From: a virus
Lineage: Duplodnaviria; Caudoviricetes
Strand: one strand, 5' to 3'
Virus record (IMG/VR): IMGVR_UViG_3300033388_001119
Span: 1-57,880 of that record
DNA length: 57,880 nt
Every line of letters begins with the position of its first letter. Within the stretch, counting starts at the first letter, position 1. Under the pieces are notes generated by a model, which made no database searches, had not been told where the DNA came from, and saw only the letters and a list, made by a program, of their open reading frames with translations. The position numbers were made by a program, and so were the translations under genes. Shown one piece after another: positions 1-6,912 of this stretch.

Positions 1-95
1 TTTACTATAGTTTGTTGTAAATCCCATATCAATGTTGATACGTGTTTAGTGTCTACCTCATGTTGTATGAGGGCGTGTTGTGCTATTGCGTCCAT
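1..95 (-). CDS. Hypothetical early protein, runs off the left end (MDAIAQHALIQHEVDTKHV...)
   Basis: Hand translation; ATG at 95 after an A-rich leader; same strand as neighbours. Confidence 0.55.
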   Translation of the reverse strand, partial: MDAIAQHALIQHEVDTKHVSTLIWDLQQTIV

Positions 96-116
96 ATGTT
101 CTCTGTTTTTTATTAT

Positions 117-347
117 TTAATGTATAATTCTAAAGTTAAGTTCGTTTACAAGTTCAATTGCTTGTTCTCGAGTTAATTGTATGGTGGCACTTTGTATTCC
201 ATCACCTCTATCTCTATCGGGAGTAATGTTAAGCTGCACCATATGTCCGTTCTCTCCTCCACTAAATCGAGTTAAGTGTAGGTCTGTTGTTATGTATCCG
301 AACTCTGTTTCTTTGCGACCTTTAATTGTTTTAAGATTTGTGCTCAT
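117..347 (-). CDS. Hypothetical early protein (76 aa)
   Basis: ORF track; A-rich start context; tightly packed in the minus-strand run. Confidence 0.75.
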   Translation of the reverse strand: MSTNLKTIKGRKETEFGYITTDLHLTRFSGGENGHMVQLNITPDRDRGDGIQSATIQLTREQAIELVNELNFRIIH

Positions 348-355
348 GATTTTAT

Positions 356-691
356 TTATTTAAATGTTATACCTAATCTTTTAGCTTTTCTCTCGCTATT
401 GTATTGTGCCCACGCTCTCTCCTTTGCAAGTTCCCAGGCTTTGTCGTCTTTTAGGAATGGTCTGTCTGCTATTAGTTCTCGTTTGATTTGCTCAGCAAGT
501 GGTCTGATTATTCGTTTGATTTGCTCAGCAAGTGGTCTGATTATTTCGGTCCATCTAAAGTTTCTGAGTTCTCTTCTGTGTTGTTGTCGTTCCATCTCTT
601 GTTGGATTATTTCTTGAGTGTGTTTCTTAGCCATACGAGCTTGCCACATTCTTTTAAACTTCTCTGTAATAATTGTTTCTTGTGTTTCCAT
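356..691 (-). CDS. Hypothetical helical protein (111 aa) with an 11-aa tandem duplication
   Basis: ORF track; IIRPLAEQIKR occurs twice. Confidence 0.75.
   Translation of the reverse strand: METQETIITEKFKRMWQARMAKKHTQEIIQQEMERQQHRRELRNFRWTEIIRPLAEQIKRIIRPLAEQIKRELIADRPFLKDDKAWELAKERAWAQYNSERKAKRLGITFK
479..544. repeat. Perfect 33-bp tandem duplication (2 copies)
   Basis: tcgtttgatttgctcagcaagtggtctgattat at 479-511 and 512-544. Confidence 0.95.
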
Positions 692-1328
692 TTTATATAT
701 GTATTGGTTAGTGGATAGGTAGGTTCCGATGTGTTCGACTTACATACATGTGAGTATGTATCTATCCATTGTAATTTGTTGACTCTCCGTTCTCTTGGTG
801 TCGGCAGTTTACTCTCTGCCCAGGACTCCTGGTTTCCGTCATATGTATCTGTTTGTCGATTGTATGCGTTTTGAATGTGTTTGAAGTTTTTTGTCTCTCC
901 CTCAGTTCAACTGTCTTGAGACCACACCCGTTACTTTCACTGCCCCCTACTCGATCGGTCGCACTCTCTCCTATGAGTGTGAACAGACCTTTTGGCTTGA
1001 ACTCAGCATGTAACCCTAACCCTATAAAGATTGTAGCTCACCTTTCATTGGTTGTTATACAATAACATACAGTTATTATACACGTTCCCAATGCACTGGA
1101 TTTTGTGTTTTATATAGGTTTCAAGAAATAAAGAACGTCATTACAATAACTTCAAAACATTACCATCTTGGGCTTATGTTTATAAATTGCTTACCTCGTT
1201 GGGCTTAGCTAATTGTACGAAATTAAAGAACGGATATTTTTGAAGGAAATAACAAACCTTATTTGGTGGGTGTGTTGCATTCGATTAACAACATACAAAG
1301 GTTTAAACCTTTACACCCATATATTAAA
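692..1328 (-). ncRNA. Candidate large structured non-coding RNA or leader, family not recognised
   Basis: About 630-nt gap in a gene-dense minus-strand run; many stems found by eye (712-718/762-768, 804-820, 820-832, 904-910/997-1003, 1155-1181, 1185-1214, 1267-1273/1313-1319). Confidence 0.55.
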
Positions 1329-1874
1329 TTATTTAGTGGTATTTATAAAATCTAAACCAATAGTCAAAGCACGTTTATTTAATTCTGCTTTTTTGTCTGC
1401 TGTAATTAGCCTATCAAGTTTTGATAATTCACGTTCCTTTTTAACTTTCTTAAATTCTTCATTGTTAGGGTTGGAAAATTTCGCCTTTCTTTTAAGTAAT
1501 TCAAGCATAAAATTTGCACTAAAATAACCTTTCTTTTCACCATATTCAATGGCTTTTTTATCGTCTGATAATTTGCAAGAGGTAACCTCATAACGATAAG
1601 CAAATGACAACAATTTAAAATTAAGTGCTGTACTTGTAACATTACTTTTAAAAGATGCATTTATTTCGGTGACATATTTATCTGTCAAATTTTGTGCTAT
1701 CTCAGAATTAAAAAACTTGTAAATTGCTTTTGGCGTTAAGGTTTCCTCTTTCCATAGATTAACTCAATTCTTTTTACTTTCAGTTAGTGCACTTACTTTT
1801 TTAGGTGTAAACTTAACTCCTTTTTTTGTCGTTGCTTTTTTAGTGTTAGCATTCACTTTTTTAGTTGTATTCAT
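1329..1874 (-). pseudogene. Lys-rich early protein frame (about 181 codons) interrupted by one in-frame TGA at 1766-1764
   Basis: Hand translation from ATG 1874: MNTTKKVNANTKK...ESKKN*VNLWKEETLTPKAIYKFF..., continuing in frame into the tracked ORF 1329..1688. Confidence 0.6.
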
Positions 1875-2320
1875 TTGATATATTTTTAATTGATTAATAC
1901 ACTACAATAATATGAACTAATATTTAATTAAACTAATATTAAACTAATTTTTTTTAGAATTATACTAAATTTGAAACATTATTTGGTAAACACAGGATCC
2001 ATCAGAATATAATTGTGCTAAATGCCTGGACTACAGAATATTATTTTAAACATTTGAGTTAACACAATATTTTATTTGGAATACTTATGCAGCTTTAACC
2101 TTTACCCCCTTATTAAGTGTAAAGTGTAGAGAATTATTAAAACAATATTGTAAAACATAAGTTAAGGGTAATAGATACCGCAATGAAAAAAGCTAAAAAA
2201 ATTCAAACCTTTTTAAAAAAAACAGCACCCCCCCAAACGAAAAAAAAACAATTTAAAAATCAACAACAACACAAAAAAACAACAATGAACCCAGTACTTC
2301 TATATATGCCATATTAATTA
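1875..2320. other. AT-rich divergence region between early (minus) and late (plus) units; candidate genome terminus or packaging region
   Basis: No credible ORF; strand switch; phased A-tracts and a C-run near 2185-2290; AACTAAT three times near 1915-1948. Confidence 0.4.
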
Positions 2321-2321
2321 T

Positions 2322-2329
2322 TACCTTTG
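2322..2329 (+). promoter_or_regulatory. Bacteroidota -7 promoter box TACCTTTG
   Basis: Matches TAnnTTTG, directly before ATG 2333. Confidence 0.7.
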
Positions 2330-2332
2330 TGT

Positions 2333-2470
2333 ATGGAGATATACTTAGAGAGTTTACTTAGATCGGGCATAGTAGTAGGAATAGAGTACTTCCCAGAAAC
2401 TGATAAAGTAAATTACCATGAACTATGTATCTCACTTCTTCTTGTCCGCCTCGTGTTTATATGGAAATAA
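2333..2470 (+). CDS. Small hypothetical protein (45 aa, MEIYLESLLRSG...)
   Basis: Hand translation; follows a promoter box. Confidence 0.65.
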   Translation: MEIYLESLLRSGIVVGIEYFPETDKVNYHELCISLLLVRLVFIWK

Positions 2471-2475
2471 TTTAG

Positions 2476-2483
2476 TATATTTG
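2476..2483 (+). promoter_or_regulatory. Bacteroidota -7 promoter box TATATTTG
   Basis: TAnnTTTG directly before ATG 2488. Confidence 0.7.
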
Positions 2484-2487
2484 CTCT

Positions 2488-2667
2488 ATGGATTATAACT
2501 ACAAAATAAAAAACGGAAGGCTTATAAATACTGCGCCTGAATTAGAGAATGGAATCTCTAGAGCTGCTAAACTTAGAAAGCAGATGAAAAGAGCAGAAAA
2601 AGTTAGAATGATTGCTGAAGGTAACGAGCTAGCAAACGCTAACATTAATTTATTTAAGAAGCTATAA
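2488..2667 (+). CDS. Small hypothetical protein (59 aa, MDYNYKIKNGRLINTAPE...)
   Basis: Hand translation; bounded by a promoter box and a terminator. Confidence 0.7.
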   Translation: MDYNYKIKNGRLINTAPELENGISRAAKLRKQMKRAEKVRMIAEGNELANANINLFKKL

Positions 2668-2714
2668 AATATTTCTTTCTCCATATATAGTTCTCGTTCT
2701 CTGAAAGAAGGAAA

Positions 2715-2751
2715 GGGTACTAGTTGTTAAAAGCTAGTGCTCTTTTTTTTT
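2715..2751 (+). terminator. Intrinsic terminator
   Basis: 11-bp stem 2715-2725/2732-2742 with G.U pairs, followed by T9. Confidence 0.7.
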
Positions 2752-2772
2752 ACACACATTAAAACATTTATT

Positions 2773-2931
2773 ATGAATATCGAAAAACAAATAGAAGACT
2801 TAAAGAAACAACTAACAGGTGATATGATGAAGGACCTGGATATACGTGATCAGATACATAACTTAGAAATGAAACTAAAAGGAGTAAAGCCTGAAGACTC
2901 CCATTTTGACTGTATTGGGTGTGGTTCATAG
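2773..2931 (+). CDS. Small protein (52 aa) ending in CIGCGS
   Basis: ORF track frame with start moved to ATG 2773 after an A-rich leader; C-terminal CxxC. Confidence 0.75.
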   Translation: MNIEKQIEDLKKQLTGDMMKDLDIRDQIHNLEMKLKGVKPEDSHFDCIGCGS

Positions 2932-3300
2932 TAACACTTTGTCATAACACTTAGTGTTGGTTTTCAACACGAATTGACACTTTTTTAAGTCTGACCACTT
3001 TCTGACCACTTTTTTACAGTACGAATTAGCCGACATTAAACGTTTTAAAACGGATATAATTATACTAGAATTCGAAAAAATGTTGATTCATAACACGAAC
3101 GTGTTGCTATAAATTTAAACTAACACTTTAATTAAAGTTACTTAACTTACTGATAATCAATATATTAATATAGTAGTAGTGTTAGAATGTTGGTTTTCTC
3201 ACACACAAGAGAAAAATAAAAAAGAAAAAGAGAAGTAAGTAAATAAAAAAAAGAAAGTATAGAGCGAAAAAGTAACATTCCAACACTTTGGGTGTTTTGA
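2932..3300. repeat. Non-coding region with about 10 AACAC/GTGTT words; candidate replication origin
   Basis: AACAC at 2933, 2946, 2966, 3092, 3122, 3282; GTGTT at 2954, 3101, 3179, 3292; tandem tctgaccactt near 2990-3011; A-rich stretch 3210-3270. Confidence 0.5.
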
Positions 3301-3318
3301 GATACTTTTCTATCTTTG
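3287..3318 (+). promoter_or_regulatory. Bacteroidota -33/-7 promoter for groEL
   Basis: TTTG (3287-3290), 20-nt spacer, TATCTTTG (3311-3318). Confidence 0.75.
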
Positions 3319-3344
3319 TGACATAACTACTTAAATTCAATGTA

Positions 3345-4907
3345 ATGATTATAAAAGACATCAGCTTTGGTGAAGAAGCTAAAGAGCGCTTGCTTAGTGG
3401 CGTTGATAAAATAGCTAACGCAGTAAAGAGCACGTTAGGGGCTCAAGGTCAAACAGTCCTAATAGAATCAGAAAGTCATACAGGTGGGGTAACAATAACA
3501 AAGGATGGGGTAACTGTTGCTAAGAGCATCCATGTATTAGATCCTGCTGAGGACTTAGCTATACGTGTAATACGTGAGGCTTCAGTTAAGACAGCTACAG
3601 AAGCTGGTGATGGAACTACTACAGCTATTGTTTTAGCTCAAGCAATAATTCACGCAGCTCTAAAGCGAGTTAAGCCACATATGAATAACACTACGATAAT
3701 TCGCCACATGCAATCCTTAGGCGAACAGATTTGTAAAGAACTCGATAAGAAAAGTAAAAAGGTTACGTCTAAAAGATTAATTGATGTTGCTACTATATCC
3801 TCAAACAATGACAAGGAGTTAGGTAAGATTATATCATCCACATATGAACAAGTAGGTAAATCGGGAGTTGTGTTAGTAGAGAATGCTGACGGTAGTGAAA
3901 CAACAAGCGACCTAACTGAAGGAATGAGAATAGAGAGAGGGTTTACTTCTAGATACTTCATCAACAATCCTAAACTAGAAGAGTGTGTCTTAACTAATCC
4001 AAAGATATTATGTCTTAACACTATGATAGAGTCTATCGGAACTATTGAGCATGTGTTAGCCGATATCATGAAACAAAATCAATCATTGCTTATTATTGGT
4101 GAACTTGATCCGAAAGTCTTAAATACATTGAATTTAAATAAAATGAGAAACGGATTAAAGGTTTGTGCGATTAAGCCACCGAACTTCGGGTGGAGAAAAG
4201 ACGACCTTATGGCTGATATAGCATTAGCAACAGGAGCTACTTGTTTTACTGAAGAAGCTGGAGATGCTTATCAGATGGTTAGATATGAAGATTTAGGTAG
4301 AGCAGATAAAGTTGTAGTAAACCATGACAATACCATCATAGTTCTTAATGAAGAAGATAAACCATACATAACGGAACACGTGGAAGGTATATGGGAAAGC
4401 ATGGACTCATCTAAGCATAAGGATTTTTTAAAAGAACGAATAGCAACAATCTCCGGTAAAATTGGCGTAATCTATGTGGGAGCTAACTCAGAAATAGAAC
4501 AAAAAGAAAAAAGAGACAGAGTGGACGATGCGGTCTGTGCAACAAGAGCGGCTCTTGAAGAAGGGATTCTACCCGGAGGAGGCGTGGCTTTAAAAGAAAT
4601 TTCGGACGACCTCGCTCAGCGAGGTGATGGTGAGTCGCAAAGAGTTGCGACAATGATTTTAACCGAGGCGCTAAAAACACCATTCCAACAAATACTCCTC
4701 AACGCAGGACTAGATCCTAAGCAAATAGACAATTGTTTAGACCCTGGAGTAGGTTACGATGTAAAGAATGATCAATATGGCAACATGTTTAAAATGGGAA
4801 TCATAGACCCTACTAAAGTAACTAAGTCAGCTGTATTAAATGCCATATCAGTAGCTAGTACATTCCTAAGTACAAATGCCATTATAACTAACGTACGAGA
4901 AAAATGA
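3345..4907 (+). CDS. groEL: Phage-encoded chaperonin GroEL (Cpn60), 520 aa
   Basis: ITKDGVTVAK, AGDGTTTA, ERIA, DDAVCATRAALEEGILPGGGVAL and GIIDPTKV motifs. Confidence 0.97.
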   Translation: MIIKDISFGEEAKERLLSGVDKIANAVKSTLGAQGQTVLIESESHTGGVTITKDGVTVAKSIHVLDPAEDLAIRVIREASVKTATEAGDGTTTAIVLAQAIIHAALKRVKPHMNNTTIIRHMQSLGEQICKELDKKSKKVTSKRLIDVATISSNNDKELGKIISSTYEQVGKSGVVLVENADGSETTSDLTEGMRIERGFTSRYFINNPKLEECVLTNPKILCLNTMIESIGTIEHVLADIMKQNQSLLIIGELDPKVLNTLNLNKMRNGLKVCAIKPPNFGWRKDDLMADIALATGATCFTEEAGDAYQMVRYEDLGRADKVVVNHDNTIIVLNEEDKPYITEHVEGIWESMDSSKHKDFLKERIATISGKIGVIYVGANSEIEQKEKRDRVDDAVCATRAALEEGILPGGGVALKEISDDLAQRGDGESQRVATMILTEALKTPFQQILLNAGLDPKQIDNCLDPGVGYDVKNDQYGNMFKMGIIDPTKVTKSAVLNAISVASTFLSTNAIITNVREK

Positions 4908-5140
4908 GACCAGTAATTTATGTTTTATCGATAATATGTGTTACCTTACTACTATTCAACTTCTACTTAATAGAGAAACTTGACAAGTCATTAGAAAGGG
5001 AAAGTGAATGGAAGTTTAAATATGAAACAAGCCAACGCATATACGACCTAACAAGAGATGAGGTTCTAAGATTAGAAGATGAAAATCAATTATTAGGATC
5101 TTTATTAGGTCAATATGAAGTTGACCCCACAATAGAATAA
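4904..5140 (+). CDS. Small membrane-anchored coiled-coil protein
   Basis: N-terminal hydrophobic helix then heptad pattern; ATGA overlap with groEL. Confidence 0.7.
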   Translation: MRPVIYVLSIICVTLLLFNFYLIEKLDKSLERESEWKFKYETSQRIYDLTRDEVLRLEDENQLLGSLLGQYEVDPTIE

Positions 5141-5142
5141 AA

Positions 5143-5400
5143 ATGAAAGCAGTAGGTAAATTTATAATTACAAAAGAAGAAAGAGAGTCTTACAAAAGTA
5201 AGGGAGGTCTTTTATTAACCGGTGAGGATAGAATCGGTATGAACTTTAGAAAGGGAGAGATTGTTAGTGTAGGGGATTTGATAACAAAGCTAAAACCAGG
5301 GCAAACCATTTACTACAACAAGTCTATGTCTCATGAAGCTAGGATAGAAGGAGATGTTTTTACAGTCCTGCAAGAAAGAGATGTCGCTGTTGTTATATGA
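5143..5400 (+). CDS. groES: Co-chaperonin GroES (Cpn10)
   Basis: SKGGLLL mobile loop, GEIVSVG, LKPGQTIYY, VLQERDVAVV; next to groEL. Confidence 0.9.
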   Translation: MKAVGKFIITKEERESYKSKGGLLLTGEDRIGMNFRKGEIVSVGDLITKLKPGQTIYYNKSMSHEARIEGDVFTVLQERDVAVVI

Positions 5401-5407
5401 GTTTTTG

Positions 5408-5422
5408 TATCTTTGTTACAAA
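5408..5422 (+). promoter_or_regulatory. -7 box TATCTTTG overlapped by palindrome TTTGTTACAAA
   Basis: Direct reading; upstream of ATG 5429. Confidence 0.7.
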
Positions 5423-5428
5423 AAGATA

Positions 5429-5743
5429 ATGTCTAAACTGAGTAGAACCGCCAGATATTACAGAAAAAGTAAAAAAGGGCGAGCCAAACATAACGAGTAT
5501 CAAAAGAAATACAACAAAAAGAAATCGCAAGTAAAGCGAAGAGTATTTGATAATAAAAAGAATCGAGAGTTTGGAACTTACGGTAACTACGATGGTAAGG
5601 ATGTTTCTCACAAAGGAAAACGAATTGTATTAGAATCCGAACACAAAAACAGAGGAAGTAAATCAGCAACAAAAGGAGATAGACGAGCTCGAGGTAAAAA
5701 AGGTAAAGGAAGAAAAAACAAGGGCAATACTGGTGGGAAATAA
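5429..5743 (+). CDS. Very basic protein (104 aa) with a degenerate HNH-like segment
   Basis: ORF track frame with start moved to ATG 5429; K/R-rich; DGKDVSH...NR resembles a minimal HNH. Confidence 0.7.
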   Translation: MSKLSRTARYYRKSKKGRAKHNEYQKKYNKKKSQVKRRVFDNKKNREFGTYGNYDGKDVSHKGKRIVLESEHKNRGSKSATKGDRRARGKKGKGRKNKGNTGGK

Positions 5744-5748
5744 ATTAT

Positions 5749-5756
5749 TATCTTTG
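5749..5756 (+). promoter_or_regulatory. -7 promoter box TATCTTTG
   Basis: TAnnTTTG, intergenic. Confidence 0.7.
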
Positions 5757-5773
5757 TAAAAAGATTAAAAACC

Positions 5774-6895
5774 ATGGCAATTCCAGTAGGCACAAAATTC
5801 GCAGGTATACCACCGAGTAACCCTAATGTAAATAAAAAATCAAAGCAACTAAACATTGATGCTCCAATTTACGATATATCTGAGTTTGGCGGTGGAGCTG
5901 CTCAAGATGTACAAACTTTAATTCTTCAAGGAACTTCAAGTGCTACCACATCTCAAGCAATATATGGAATTAACGTAATAGATGTAGCTACACAAAGCGA
6001 CTTAGCTACGAAATTACCAGACCCTGTAACAGGAAAACAAACATCTTTTGTAAATAACTCTACCATGCCTATACTAGTTTTTCCTTCCGTAGTAGGAGGT
6101 AGTATCAATGGTGTTGTAAATGGATTTGCAAGTATTCCAAATGACGGTAAAGTATATACTTTTTATTGTTACGAAAACCCACTACCAGGTGCTTGGACAT
6201 GGAGCCCTCCAGCTACTACTCAATACGATAGTGGTGAAATAACATTTGATAGTGTAGTTTCTGGAGTAGGGTCTTACAATGTGAGTATAAGTAACAACTA
6301 CAATAAAGACTGGAACACATCTGGACAACCTGGTACAGGATATGTATTTGATTGTCAAAACGCAGAGCTAATACCAAGTAACCCAGCTATCCCTCCATAT
6401 ACAGCTGGCGACACTGGAGGGGTGTCAGGAGTACCTTTATCAGCTACGGTTATGAACGCAACTAGGTTAAAAATTTACACCAACGCCTACATACCTAACG
6501 GAATATACGCAGGATTAGCAGTTGTTAATGGGTTTTCAGTTTATGATAGTGATCAGCCAGGGGGTAACTTTATCACTAACGGAGTGGCTAGTGCAGGCAC
6601 AGGCCCAAACACACAAAGCATAGCAACCCCATGGTTGACAGTACCAGGTGCTACATTACCAAATAACTCAGTATCTACCAATATCGGAGACCCAGGGACT
6701 CAATATATTATATTAGATATAGCAAACGAGTTAACTCAGATACCTCACTTTATAAACTTTGGACCAGCTCAATATATAGGACCCAATACTAATCCAGGTG
6801 AATTTCTTTGGTACATGGGAGTTTGGCAGTTTTTTATAAAACCAGGTCCAGCATTAACAGGGTTTAAATACCGTTTTATAATGGAATACTCTTAA
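5774..6895 (+). CDS. Putative virion spike or decoration protein, paralogue 1
   Basis: G/P/T/N-rich beta-type composition; N-terminal module shared with 6913 and 9411. Confidence 0.6.
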   Translation: MAIPVGTKFAGIPPSNPNVNKKSKQLNIDAPIYDISEFGGGAAQDVQTLILQGTSSATTSQAIYGINVIDVATQSDLATKLPDPVTGKQTSFVNNSTMPILVFPSVVGGSINGVVNGFASIPNDGKVYTFYCYENPLPGAWTWSPPATTQYDSGEITFDSVVSGVGSYNVSISNNYNKDWNTSGQPGTGYVFDCQNAELIPSNPAIPPYTAGDTGGVSGVPLSATVMNATRLKIYTNAYIPNGIYAGLAVVNGFSVYDSDQPGGNFITNGVASAGTGPNTQSIATPWLTVPGATLPNNSVSTNIGDPGTQYIILDIANELTQIPHFINFGPAQYIGPNTNPGEFLWYMGVWQFFIKPGPALTGFKYRFIMEYS

Positions 6896-6912
6896 TACTT
6901 AAAATTAAAAAA

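Noticed and set aside
780-841. Hammerhead ribozyme
   Set aside because: No CUGANGA core paired with GAAA in the required arrangement
607-906. Open minus-strand frame of about 100 codons with no ATG, GTG or TTG start
   Set aside because: No canonical start, overlaps the 356..691 gene, and the region is better explained by dense RNA stems; an ATT start or a base error is not fully excluded
1264-1319. Canonical tRNA gene
   Set aside because: About 55 nt, only one arm besides the T-like arm, and no GTTC; kept only as a tRNA-like finding
853-1527. Plus-strand ORFs 853..1065 and 1213..1527
   Set aside because: Opposite to local transcription, TTG starts, no protein-like features
1764-1766. Genome-wide stop-codon reassignment as in some crAss-like phages
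   Set aside because: Long genes are intact in code 11, and TGA and TAG both end well-supported genes
2932-3300. CRISPR or mini-CRISPR array
   Set aside because: Repeats are only 5-11 nt and irregularly spaced; no cas genes
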